Origin: Dicyema japonicum
Taxonomy: Eukaryota; Animalia; Dicyemida
Direction of reading: 5' to 3'
Length of the DNA: 64,000 bases
Assembly: GCA_011109175.1 (NCBI GenBank)
Contig: RDEW01000034.1
Span: forward strand, 455,556 to 519,555
The notes under the pieces: generated by a model
What the model was told of the DNA's origin: nothing
The model's input: the letters and a program-made list of their open reading frames with translations, nothing else
Database searches by the model: none
Shown here: in pieces, positions 27,601 to 40,472 of the stretch
Layout of the letters: every line of letters begins with the position of its first letter
Position numbering within the stretch: position 1 is the stretch's first letter
Made by a program: the position numbers and the translations under genes

Positions 27601-27850
27601 ATGCTACCACACTCTTGTAACACAGTGAATCAGTTCCTGATGGACTGCAAATCCGAGATCATAATGTCGACAGGCCGATGTGAGGGTAAATAGTGGAATT
27701 TGCTATACAGTTCTGTATATTGTACGGTTGTTTTTGTCTCTTGTAGACAGCAGACTGAGATGTTGTATTTTGCTAGATCACATGCCAGTTGGTGTTTCTT
27801 GTGAGGTTTTTTAAGTCCTCTGCAATTGAAAGTTCTCCAGAGTGAGCGGA
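24670..27850 (-). mobile_element. Near full-length RTE-like LINE (APE + RT), degraded and interrupted by a SINE
   Basis: FNCRGL...VCCLQETK, SGFRTGRSTADVVW, GVPQ, YADDL, RWSLFGHVFRL...FRGRTRTTLP, (TAA)n tail at 24670-24690. Confidence 0.9.
25554..25873 (-). mobile_element. tRNA-derived SINE family B, 320 bp
   Basis: 12-bp TSD GGAACTCCACGT at 25542-25553 and 25874-25885; A box TGGCTTAGTGG and B box GGTTCGAATC on the minus strand; poly(A) end. Confidence 0.9.
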
Positions 27851-28041
27851 GAAGTCGGTAAAGAATACGAATAAGACATAGTGCAATAAAGATGTCGTCA
27901 TCACCTCAACCAAAAATATTATTATTTAAAGTGGCATTTTCTAATATTTACTTAACAAAAGGAATTAATTCCTATATAAATAAATAATATATTTTTATAA
28001 TAAAATATAATAAAGTAATAATTTAAAAATCTCGTGTATTC

Positions 28042-28648
28042 ATGGTGAACGGTCGTATACCTCGTAATTATCGTAAAACATATTCTACTCCTCGTCGACC
28101 ATATGAGAAGACTCGTTTGGATGATGAAATGAAATTAGTTGGAGAGTTTGGTCTTCGTAACAAAAGGGAGTTATGGCGAGTGAAGTTTGGTTTGGCGAAA
28201 ATACGTTCAGTTGCTCGTATCCTGTTGACTCTGGAAGGCAACGACCCAAGACGTGTGTTTCAAGGTATAAATAAAATAATGTAAGGAAATGCACTTCTTC
28301 GACGACTTTATCATTTGGGACTCCTTTCCGTTGATAAGATGACATTGGACTATGTATTATCCCTTACACTCCATGATATGCTTAATAGACGACTTCAGTC
28401 TGTTATATGCAATCAACTTGATCTTACAACCTCAATACACATGGCCAGGACACTAATCAGACAAAAACACATTCAGTTTATTTTATTTATTACTTAGAAT
28501 TGGCAAACAAATTGTTGATTCTCCTTCCTTTTTGGTAAAAGGACTTCAGAGGGTTAATTACTTTGCTGATAATTCTCCATTCAACAATAATTCTAATAAA
28601 CTAGGACGGGCGAGGAGGAAAAAATTAGTCTCTGTTGATGAGGATTAA
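28042..28648 (+). CDS. RPS9: 40S ribosomal protein S9 (uS4), about 187 aa; introns 28265-28285 and 28476-28497
   Basis: [32 protein letters not shown]; [10 protein letters not shown] restored by splicing; RRLQS; [14 protein letters not shown]. Confidence 0.97.
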
Positions 28649-29554
28649 TTCTTGGTTTTCATTATCATTATTTCCTTTCAATACTCCACTATATACTATA
28701 GACTCACACTTGCATGGGTTTTAGTCAGGGATAGTCTATCAAAATTCAAGTCCATTCTCCTCACGATTTGTAAGGAAATACGCTCAATAAGTCAGCTTCT
28801 TCTCACAATAAGCTATCCAATATGGATCAGCAGGGTTATGACCTTATTTTAAAAACCATCCACGCAGTACGTCATAGGCGAGGTATCTATTACCTTTCCA
28901 CAAAAAGACAGTTGTCCCGTCGATCTTTTCTATGCAATTCCAAAAAGACTCCAGTTGAATCAGGAATCCAGCCGTTTCCAGTCCCACGCAAAACTCTGTT
29001 GATGGCTCTATGCCTAAGACTCCTTCCAGTATTCCTACGGAAAGAGAAGGCATGAAGACCTTTCATATCATTATTCCGGAATTAACTCAAGCAAAGAAAA
29101 TATCCAATTCGTAGAAGACACATATCCCTATGGAGTCGTCATATAATAGTGAACCCAGTAGAACTCTGAGCTAACCACTGCTTTTATTCGTCGATGGAGA
29201 ATCAAAGCATGCAAGATGATTTGGGTTCGTTTGATATCTTTGGTTTACATCGTAGCGGCATTTGTAACTCCAAACTATATTTGTCGTTGATCTCTTTGTC
29301 CTTAATCTACTATGACTTGGTGCCAGATAGTCGTCCACTTGATCCCTGAAACGATTCAATGCGACTAAAGCCAAGACTTCAGTAGAATATTAAGAATAAT
29401 TATTGGGCATAGGTTTTCAACTGTGTCAACTGCCTTGATAGGTTTCTCGATATTTATTTAAATCCAAGATTCACCGACAAAATAATAGAGTATGGGTGAC
29501 CGTCAGGTGATTTTTACCTCTTTGACCAGCCGTCTAATCCTTACTCGGTGTTCC

Positions 29555-29869
29555 CGCGTGGCGCCATGTGGTGCTTCGTGGCTAATTAATTAAAGTTTCA
29601 GTTTTGTTCGTCTGTTCCTCCTCTCTTCCTATTAGAGTGGCGTCATGTGATCCACCTGTCTAGGTGGCCCAGTGCCAGGCTGGCACGAAAAAGGATCATT
29701 TGCTCTCCCCTACTCCACTGGATGGGTTTCCACAACTGCAACTATGGACGTCTTTTACCCTTTATGTTGATTTCGGATGGACTCCGTTTCTGTAGAAGTG
29801 GAAACTCGATACACTTAATTAGTTGTTTACTATAACTTCTTTCTCAGTGTATCCGGGTTAATAAATAAA
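29555..29869 (+). mobile_element. SINE-like element family A, second copy
   Basis: 13-bp direct repeat TACTCGGTGTTCC at 29542-29554 and 29870-29882; reverse complement of 16774-17105. Confidence 0.85.
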
Positions 29870-32201
29870 TACTCGGTGTTCCTCCCGAAAGTCAAAGCAC
29901 TTCCTGTATGAATAAGACACTTTTCGGTATTTTGGAGATTTCAATCGGGCTCTCGTTCTCCTCATAAGTTCATCAAACGGAGATGGCCGTAGTGGCAAGA
30001 GGAGAATCTTTGTAGGGCCCTCGTGACTGTTTCTTGGAAGACATTGATTTTATTTATGTTCTTATATGACAGTTTGTGCCTCACGTGGCATAGTATTAGC
30101 TGTTTTTCGATTGAATGTATTGCGTATAAAGGTGGCTTAATGTTGAGTAGAAACATCCTTTGTAGCCAAGAAGTGTTTTTACAAAATTTAGTTTCGTTGG
30201 GAAATGGAAATGACGTTTCTGACATGTTTGCTGAAAGTCATAAGGGAGTCTTATCCCAGTATTTTGATAGAGTTAGTGGAGGGGATTGAAATTCGATTAA
30301 GGGTAAAAAAGGTGCCGAGTTATTAGTCTTCTGTTTAAGTAAAATAGGTACCCGTAAGCATTACGCATGCCATAACACTGTATTAACTATTTATTTAATA
30401 AAGTTCACTGACCCTGTTAAACAGAATCCGATCCCTGATCGCGAAGAGGAAAAATGATGGAAGAGAATGGATTTGGCTAATTGAACATATTTCATGCAAA
30501 TTGTCAGGGAAAATCCGTTCTCAAGAGCAGTCAGTAATTGCTAACTGTCTTTAATTGGCTTGATAAATTGAAAATTCGTTTGTGGGCTGTGATAGCATAA
30601 GGGCCTATCTTCTTCAATACTATTGTAGTCATCAAGACCACTGAATAGGACGATTATTAATTTTGAAGGGTCTTCCGAACGTCATTCATAGAAAGATTAT
30701 TTGTGGTTGCGTCACGTTTAGGTTTTACGGAAGAAATGGAAGGACCTTCAAATTTATGGTGAGGGATAAAACTCACGGAAGAATACACCTCCATGATCTT
30801 GTTTAAAAATTCTTGTTCTCCAGGTCTTGCAAAAAAAAGTTCTCACAGAGTTTTTGAAGCCCAAAAGTATTCCACATCTTCATGAGGAAGTAAAGTTTTC
30901 TTAGAGTGAGGTTATTCCTGTTTCACCTTGGCCTTGTTCCTGATCTCTTTGTAAGACTCGAATCCTCATCCTGATTTCCCAAGATTGAATCTGTTAACTT
31001 TGTAAGCAATCTCTTTTCTTGTAAATGAATGGTTGAGTGGAAGGCTTTTTCGTGAATTATATTGGCTTTCTTTGATAAAAGTCCTCATACCCTCACGCAC
31101 TACACTATTGCAGTAGTAGAAGTTGTTTGAGTTAAAGTCATACAAGTTGTAGTCGACGAAGTATGAAAACAATCTCTAGTCGACGTTTTTGTAGTTTAGG
31201 AGTTAAAAAAACTTTCTTTCGATGGACACTCTTCTTTGAAAGTAGTGAGAATGGTGTTATGGTCACGTGTAGTATCGTAAAACACTGACCAATTGGGTAG
31301 AGAGGCGATTTTTGAGGAAAGTCTGGAAGGGACGTCCTGTCGTTTGCTCTGTAGGGAGTATTTGTATTGATATAGGGTTGTCTTATATCACTAGATTATT
31401 CAGGTTATATAGTAAGTGGATTCCCCTGGCGTCTTCCTACTGGCTTTTTAACCACATAATCGGGTTCAGGTCTCCACATAACAACAGGTTATTTGTATAG
31501 TCGACATCTGGCATTGGGAAACTGAATCCTTTTAGGCAGGAATTGAGAGGGGTATACACGTGTTCAATACATTTAGGTATTCAATGTTTATTGAGATGCT
31601 TTCAACGGGAGGAGGAAAATATATATGTACTTATTCCGTGAAGGAAATTTCCGTGTAATGAGTCGTGCAATGAGTCCACCACCGCGGCCAGAAAGGTGTC
31701 ACGTCGAATAATAGCCTAGGATGGATGGAGTGGATGTGGAAAAAGACAGTCTTGTTTCTTTAAGTAAGCAAAGGTCTGCGTCCTGTTTTTCAGAAGGTTC
31801 CTGAGCTCAAGAAACCTCCCTCTGATTCCGTTTATGTTTAATTGTAAAAGGAAAATGCTTTGGATGGTCTAGGATTGGTTTTATATCTCCATAGAGCATC
31901 AGGCGAGTTTCAATCAAGTTAGTTGAGGCAGACCAGGAAGGTCAATCATCTTGGATTGGAAGAATAAGAAGTCATTTCGTTTGTGAAGTAGATTCCACAA
32001 CTTGCGCCACCAGAAAGGGCAAACCACATGACACGTGCATTATCGATTCTGTTTCTGTATTGGTATTAGTTATTATTTTCTAGCATTTAGAAGTGTAATT
32101 TTATCAATTAATATGGGGGTCCATATTTAGAAATTCTGGGTTGATGTTGTGGGTCTGTAGAACGACAGATTGACTATTTCCCTGTGACGTTCCCAGTTTA
32201 T

Positions 32202-32426
32202 TCATTTATCTATTTCTGCAGTGTCCACGTACAAATCGGATATTTCTCCGGGAACATTAAACAAATTTTCAAAGTAGGTTATGTATTTAACTCGATCCAT
32301 AGAATTTATCAAAAGTTTTCCATTTACGTCTTGAAGTTTTATATTTGATTTTTGTTTCTTTCTGTTGATCAATGTACATTCTTTAGGAATTTTTCTGTTC
32401 TTCACCTTAACAATTTTTACCTCCAA
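32202..32426 (-). mobile_element. RTE APE-RT linker remnant
   Basis: LQDVNGKLL...YFENLFN matches the RTE linker pattern. Confidence 0.5.
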
Positions 32427-32470
32427 TAAATTTTTTTATTATATTTCCTATTGTCTTTATTCTGAATAGA

Positions 32471-35400
32471 GGTTGTTGTGGTGTTGACATGTCCGTTTCT
32501 AATCATACCGAGAAATCGAATCCTATGGGCCTTCCTGCAAAATCAAATAAAGAAGATAGTTTAGTAGAAGCAGGACCGTCGTCTGTGGGGCTGGATAATG
32601 TCACAAGAACTAATATCAACATCGCTGGGAATATTGGTGCCAAAACCAACTTGCATTCATTATCTGCCATTATTGAAGAGGTCGACTGTGTCTCTGAAGC
32701 TGAGTGGGTATCTCAGATTTTTCTTGCCGCGAAACAAAGATTTGGAAGGATACCTAGAGGTGGCTGGAACCTCGTACTCAAAAAGTTCAATGAAAAGTAC
32801 TCCAAGAGTTCCAGTCTATGTCAACTAAAAAAGATGCTGAAACCTGAAAATCGGAATAACAATGTAAAAGGAGACGAATGTTTCAAAGTGCAAAATAATA
32901 CTAATGTGGAAATTTCCACCTTCAGAAATTGCCTTGAGGAACTAAAAGTACAAATTGAGAAAATTAAGTCAATTCCGAGGGATACTCGAAAACCAACACC
33001 CAAAATTCAGAGAAAGTATGTCAGAGTTAATGTTTTGTCGGGACTAAATTCTGCAATATATTATATTACGAAAGATAATCCGCCTCAAGATATCAATCAA
33101 ATTACTGATATTCTATATGCTGCACAGTGTGCTTATATGACTTTAACTGCGAAGGTTAAACCGCAAAGTACGTGGTTGGAGAACACTGAAAAGAAAATCT
33201 CAAAGCTGATGGCAGAACTAGAACTTGTCAATCGCTTTTCCAGACAAGCTCTCCCTGTGTATGAAAAACAAAAGGTTATGGATGTTCTTTGTGCCTATGG
33301 ATACAAAAGGGCCAAAAAGGGGAGGTTGCCAGGATTGAGGCTCTACTATGTGACCTTGTCAGAATTAAGAAAAGCAAATAGCTGTACATCATTCGAGGAA
33401 GGACTTTCGCAAGGACAACTGTTGTTTTGAATTAAATCGAAGAAGATTTTATCGGAACCTATCAGCAAGCAATGAAGTAACGTTATATGGTTTCGATGAT
33501 GAGGATTGTATGTCGTTTTGGGAAAAAGTGTGGTCTAAAAGAAAAGAGATGAACGTGCCATATGACAGTGTGGGTAAAGTAAATACTGGTATTGAAGGCA
33601 TGTTGCCAGAGTTCACAAATGAGTTTATCCTGGATGTTATTAAATGGCTCCCTGATTGGAAGGCGTGTGGATGCGATGGCTCATATAACTTCTTTATTAA
33701 GAAAATGGAATCTTTACATGGCTTTTTATGTACTGAGATTAACCGAATTATTAATGGGGAATATATGCCTGAAAGTTGGTTTTATACTGGAATAACCTAT
33801 TTAATTCCTAAAAAGGATGATTGTGAGACTCCTAATGACTTACGTCCTATCACGTGTATGCCAACTTTATATAAACTTATTACCAAATGTGTTAATTCCA
33901 AACTCTCAGATTTTGTGGATTCGTTTGGGCTATTATCTGACAATCAGCTGGGAACGAGGAAACATTGTCAGGGCGCTAAGGAACAGGCCCTTATTAATCA
34001 ATGCTTAAATAAGGAGTATGGAAACGCCCTTTATTCTGCTTGGGTGGATGTGAAGAAGGCCTTTGATTCTGTTGACCATGAATTTTTATTTCATGTATTG
34101 GACTGCTCAGGAATACCCCGTTGGATTGTAAACTTTGTAAAGACCATAGTCAAGAAGTGGACTGTAAATCTCCACTTAGATGGAAGAAGAATTGGTTCTG
34201 TAAAACTGGGACGGGGAATTTTGCAAGGAGATTCATTATCCCCTCAACTATTTGTTATGGTAATGGAACCCTTGAGCAGGACCCTTAACTTTATGTTCCC
34301 AAGACTCCAAATTAATCAGGAGGATCCTAATACACTGACTTATTCTACAAATCATTTGTTATTCATTGATGACCTAAAGATATTTGGGCTAAAAGAAGAT
34401 ACTGTTATTAAAATGATGGAAGTTGTTCGCGATTTCTTTCATGTTGCCGGCTTGGAGATGAATTCGGAAAAGTCACTGTCTAATGTTAAATCGTTATCAT
34501 GTTGTGAGAATCTGGAAGGAGTCAGTGGATATCGATATTTGGGTGTTTTTGAAGATGAGGGAAGTAATGTTCTTAAAAGCAAAGTTATGGAGTCCATACT
34601 TGAAAATGTTAAGAAGAGAATAACCATGCTTTCAAAAACAAAGTTAAATTCTGTGAACTTATTTCGCGCAATAAATGAATACGCAATGTCCCTATATAAC
34701 TATTATATAGGATTAATTAATATTGAACCATACGAATTTGATGATATTGACCAACAAATACGGCAACTGCTTACGTCACTCAAGTTGCACCTCAAACCTG
34801 CAAATAAAGAGAGGCTGTATTTGGACAGGAAGACTTTTGGAAGAGGACTTTCCTCGATTTCATTAAAGAGCGAATTAATACTTTTCCAGTTTTTTAAAAG
34901 TTTGGAAAAACAATCGACTGTGTGTTTGCGAAGGTCGGGGATTCTGCGAGTAATAAAAACAAAAAAATGGCACTTGGCTACAATCGCAGGATTTCTTGCC
35001 TCTAAATATGCAATTGCCGACAGGGAAAGCATGGATATTAAGTCCCTCAAGGACACTCAGAAAAAATATTTATTAAATAAAATTTATTGCAGAACACTAC
35101 ACTCAATTATGTTCAAATGTATTGATGAAACAAATGTCGACCTATATACTTCCTCAGAATGGTTATCCAAAGGAAATAACGGCCCACGGAGCGAAGCATT
35201 GTATGTCTTTTGCAAGATAGGAATTTGTTTTTTGCACACACGGGGTCATTATGCCAACCATTGTAAAAAAAGCAAGACTGTTGATCATTTGGCCACTCAG
35301 TGTGGAAAAATGCTAAATAGTGATTATCTCCGAAGACATAATGAAGTGGTAAAGTGCATCCATCTTCATCTTTGTCGAATTTATGGAATCAAAAGAAGCA

Positions 35401-36064
35401 GGAAATTGAAAGGACATTCGGTTCAGTCAATATTGACGAATCAAAATGTCGAAATTAGAGTTGACACGTCGATTTTGACAGAAACAAAAGTCCAATACAA
35501 TAAACCTGATATTTTCGTGTATGACAAAATAAGGAAGGAAATAACGTTAATTGAAGTGGGGATTACCTCACAAGATCGACTAAAGCAAGTTGAAGTTGAG
35601 AAACTTCACAAATATGACTTGCTAGCAAATGAACTTTCGCTGCTCTATGAATGCCAAGTGAAGATTATCCAGTGGTTTTGACATGGATGGAGTTGTCTCA
35701 AGATGCTTCAAGAATCATATGGATAAATTATCTATTGAAGAATCAACGAGGACTTACATCCAATCGGTTGTACTGAAGAGAACGCTCGAAAGTATGCTCA
35801 TTGAACATAAGCATGGATGAAGGTATACGATGAAGAGTACGCCTCTGCTACCTCCCAACTTGTGGAACTGGCATGCCGTGGAGACAGCCCACTGGACTCT
35901 AACGGAGATATTTTGACTGAATATGATGTGGAGATGCGGAGTAACAGGGAGGTTATGGCACACTCTTCTTCTAAGAGAAGAAGAGGGATTACCAACAATC
36001 TGGATCAAAATACGCTTAATTAATTAATTAGTTATAATTAAACTTTGAATGTCGTTAATAAAAT
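32471..36064 (+). mobile_element. Full-length R4/Dong-like non-LTR retrotransposon (RT, CCHC knuckle, PD-(D/E)xK endonuclease); single ORF with a few frameshifts
   Basis: ORFs 32489-33430 and 33510-35681: LRPITCMPTLYKL, WVDVKKAFDSV, GILQGDSLSP, LFIDDL, HLATQC...RRHNEVV, KPDI...IEVG...EKLHKY; 11-bp direct repeat TTCTGAATAGA at 32460-32470 and 36065-36075. Confidence 0.95.
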
Positions 36065-36158
36065 TTCTGAATAGACGTTCGGTTTAACATAATTAATAGG
36101 GTACTCTCATGATCAAAGGTATTTACTATAAGCTATTTAATTAACCAAATAACAGCAA

Positions 36159-36258
36159 TCATGGTCGAGGCTGACGGAGAGGATGATTCGGAATACGACA
36201 CAAGAGACTTAATTAACTTTATGTTTTCTCGGGAGTGCTTTTTAATAATAAAATAATT
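36159..36258 (+). mobile_element. 5'-truncated 3' end of the RTE-like family
   Basis: Matches the reverse complement of 24680-24775, including the TAA tail. Confidence 0.75.
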
Positions 36259-36460
36259 AATCAAATGTTCTACGCCGACATAATCGACATAGCGTTGTCT
36301 CTCATGATTGCAACAGAGATCAACTGGAGAAGCAATTTCATCTCACATGCGTCGTGACTTTCGAATGTAGCCAGATGTCACTGCTTCTTGAGGAAACAAA
36401 ACGATTTCCCTCTTATTCCTCATGTTGTCTCACCCATGAAAGCCAGTAACGTGAATCTGT

Positions 36461-36919
36461 CTAACAATTTGTATTTTTCCTTAGCCTTCTCAGCTTCCTA
36501 CCGCGCGTATCTACGTCCCCCGACGATGTTGGAGAAACAAAAAGTGATTCGATACACGTGACATACCAATGGCTTCCTATCCTTGAATAGAAAGAATGTA
36601 ATTTGTCTCTTATGTCATGACCAACCGGTTCCAATATGGAGGGGTATCCAACAGACTCCAGACTCCATTTTGAGGATAACGTGACGAATATTACTGTTGT
36701 TTGCGTGAATGTCAACACATCCTGTACTTCTGCTTCACAACCACAGGGAGTGACGAATCCCTTTTGAGAAGAGTAAAAAGGATTCATCTGCACGCGAGTT
36801 TTTGACGTTAACCTGCAGAAAACAAATCCTACAGCAATTGAGCGTATTCCACCTCCCCTTTTATCGAATATGATTAGCTTGGGTGAGAACATGATGTGAC
36901 GAAGACACAAGCCGGACAT
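36461..36919 (-). mobile_element. CRE-clade RT fragment
   Basis: GGIRSIAVGFVFCRLTSK...QKGFVTPCGCEA resembles CRE-type IRPIAVGExxRR...QxGVG...GxEA. Confidence 0.65.
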
Positions 36920-37209
36920 CAGAGCTGCCTGTGTTTCTGAGAAATGAGGTCTTTGAAATGTCCCGGACAGATACCATTAATTCCTCCACTGCTGTATGAG
37001 ACGAAAGAGAGAATCCCATTTTATACTTTGTAGATTATATATTTATCCATGGAAAGGTAGGATCCACTGGTCGTCTTATCCTCATCTTTTAAAAGCTTTG
37101 GTACATAAGGGGAAGCTTTGTTTGCAATTCACAATTTTGCTTATTTGTGAAAAGATAAAGGCATTTAGTGGCAACAAACATTTTAAATTTGTAGTACTTT
37201 TTATTCTAA

Positions 37210-37450
37210 GAACAGCACAGGCGGAGGCCAAGAAGATCCGTAAATACGAATCCTTCGGAGACCAATACCATTTCACCCCCATTGCTGTGGAGACAACTGG
37301 AACCGTGGGAGCAAAGACGGACGCCTTTCTCTCCAGCATTGGAAGCAAACTCGCCTCATAAAGGTGTGAGCCACGGGAGAGGCTCTGGTTGAAGCAGAGG
37401 CTCGAAATGGCGATTATCAGAGGTAATTCCTTCGCCATTTTGTCGTCCTA
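37210..37450 (+). mobile_element. CRE-clade RLE C-terminal fragment
   Basis: AEAKKIRKY...FTPIAVETTG...LKQRLEMAIIRGNS. Confidence 0.8.
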
Positions 37451-38533
37451 GTTATTTATAATTAGGTTGTTTTGACATTATTTAAACTTAAATAAATTGT
37501 TACCAATTTAGAACAGCACATAAAAATTTTTGTTAGATTTGAGACACAAAAATTTACCCATTGCTTCATTATGATGATAGCTTTTGTATATTCTTGTGAC
37601 GTGAGATTGAAGATGCGCTTTCTATTCAATAGAGTTCGCCAATGTTCCCCACATTATCGACATTCTTAAACCATGACACTACCTATCGACAAAAACTGCC
37701 TTCTCATACATCGACGATATCCTCTTCTTTGCCAGAGACTATCGAACCTCCACTTTAATTGTACAAAAAACTGAACATCTTGACTCCATGATTTATCCAA
37801 TTACGCATCCAAGTATGTTCAATTCTTCACGTCCTTCCACAGCAGTTAATGATTGTACGTCAATCTGATAACTTCAATGACAACAAAGAAGCCCTCAATT
37901 AATTTATGGAAATTACAAACTATTCCCTTTTGACTGCAGCATTATGAAAAGGGTTTTGCAGTGTATAAGAACATGAACATAGTGCTTCTGGATGATTAAT
38001 GAACGAAAAGTAATGAAAGGTATTCTGTGAAATTATAGAAAAGATATCTGTGTTCCTAAGACTATAGAAAAAGTATTTATGTCACAGTGGATTAGAAAAA
38101 TTGTGACGGATCTCTTCCCAGGTTCACATAATTCGTCAAATTGTTGAAGAATTGTGGGTTTCCCATACATAAGGGATTTTGCATTGTAAGAGTACAGGAC
38201 TCCTAAGTGGTGTGTACTCAGGTTACAACCAGTATTTGATCGCAAGCTCACATTTTGAATTCTTTGAAATTTTAGTGAATTTAAGGAAACACGACTAGAC
38301 CAGCTGTAAATCAAAGCAGTTGAGGACGGTTCGGAGAGGTGGTTACTAAATTCATATGTGATAAAGTCACTTAGTTAGGTGGATAATAGTGGAATATTGT
38401 GGATTAAAGACATTTTGTAATTTTGATAGGTTTATAAATGGGTAGATGTGGTTAACCACAAATCTATTTAAAATTTAGGTGGCACAAAGAAGGCAAAAGA
38501 AGAGAGATACCGTTACACTGCTCCACTAGGAGA

Positions 38534-38863
38534 AATTATTATTAAAAAGCACTCATGAGAAAACATAAAATTAGTCAAGTTTCCCTTCTGCCGTATATCC
38601 TCTCTGTCAGTCTCGACTATGATCTTCTGTTGCGCGCTAGTTCTCTTAGGTAGTCAGGTCGTCCGCCGAAGGATAGGAATTTGTTCACTTTATTTTATCA
38701 GGTGTAATGCAATGAGAAACAGTGTTTTGCGTATGGAAGTTAGTAGAATTATTGGTCTAAGGTTGCAAGGGGACCTTTGGCTTTCCCGGATTTTTGTAGT
38801 GGTATTAGCCACCCTTTTCCCAATTCCAACGTATTTCTTCCGATTAAAAACATTGGTGATCAA
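38534..38863 (-). mobile_element. Internally deleted RTE-like copy
   Basis: 38534-38670 matches 24680-24823 and is joined directly to 38671-38863, which matches 26158-26365. Confidence 0.85.
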
Positions 38864-40472
38864 TTCTTAAGATGATAATTACAAATTCAAAAGACTCAAG
38901 TCCCCATAGATTCCTAATGGATGAAAGTCATACAAGATTGGGGAGTGGAAATGTATAAATTGACGAGGGTGTATGCAGTTATGACAATTGATATTAATAA
39001 AAGTTCAAGTGGCTGTCAATGTTGCACATGTAGTGTCTTTGGTGAAGGGAATGGTTACCCGCATTATTATCAGCACATCTCCACCATTTTAACAATTCGT
39101 TTGGTCAGCATGTATACAAAGGAATCCAGAGGAGTTCCCCCTGGACGGCACTTCCTTCACGTTCAGAATACAAAGAGGGAGGCCTGGATCAACTGAATTT
39201 TTTTCATTTTGGATATGACGGTGTTTTTCTGCTTCAATAAATTTAATTTAAATTTTGTGGTCGATTGTGAGGGATTGAAACGAGTTTCTTGAAAAAAGCA
39301 GTTGTCTACTCTGTACGTAGTCAGAAACAGCTAAGTTCGTCTTGTTTACAGATGAAGGTTTATAAATGGACCCAGGTACTTTTCTACGTCTTAATCATAG
39401 AGATTTCCTGATAAAAAGAGTCCTGTAGAAAGAAAAGATGGTATTTTAGTTGGTATGAAGATATCAGCTAACTTTCATCAGGAGGATGTGACCACAAATA
39501 GTCTATCATTAGTCAAGGACGTTGTTGTTAGAAGTTAAACATAATGTCCTTGTACAATAAATGTATAGTGGTGCCATGTGGCTAGTTGGACAAAAATTAT
39601 TTTTCCCTCCGATGGCGTCATTGGATGCACCTTACTGAGGAGACGCCCAATACCTGGCCGACATCAGGAGGATCCAACTATTCTTTCCCCCTAGACAATG
39701 TCGTTACTTGGAGACAAGTTTTGGAACGCTGGAACGAGTCAGGATCAAGGAGTTAGTTTGATTACCTTGGTTATTGTAATAATTTTAATTTTGTTTAATA
39801 ATTGTTCACTTTACACACTTAAATACAATTGACCTGTATTTTAATCAAATTTGATAATCCATTGTTGTAGATGGAACGATAGGTCTAGTCACAATTAGAT
39901 GACGTAAACCAATTTATTGATATTATGATAGACAACACCATGGTTGTTAAAGGATTGATAATTAAACCTCCCAAACTGCAACACAAATAAACCAATATTG
40001 TGAGTACTTAACTGATATATTGATTATAATCACAACAATATACTTTTATAATCACAAAGTGATCAATTGTGATATATTCAAATTATAAGATAATTTCATA
40101 AGGTTGTTCATGAATGACAAATTTGACAGACATTGAAAGCTGAAAACCAAATAGTCATCGAAAAAACCACAATAATATCAGTCTTTCAAATTGTATCAGA
40201 ATGAGACATTATTTTCAATATAATCAATTTTATTCGATTGAAGCAACTAAAAGTGCATTTTTTAATAAAAATTATATTCATTCACAATTGGTAGTATTAT
40301 CTTTAAATTAGTTAAGTAACCCCACTAACTTGTAGGATACCATCCACTATTAAGTATATGATAGAAAGTCTTAATTAAAATATAAAAATATTATTAATAA
40401 ATTAAAAAATAATAAATAATGAATGGTTAGCCTTAAAATATTAATAATGAATAGAACGTAGTTAGTATCGTA

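Noticed and set aside
37700-37860. YIDDIL motif as an LTR or Penelope RT
   Set aside because: A single short motif with no supporting neighbouring motifs
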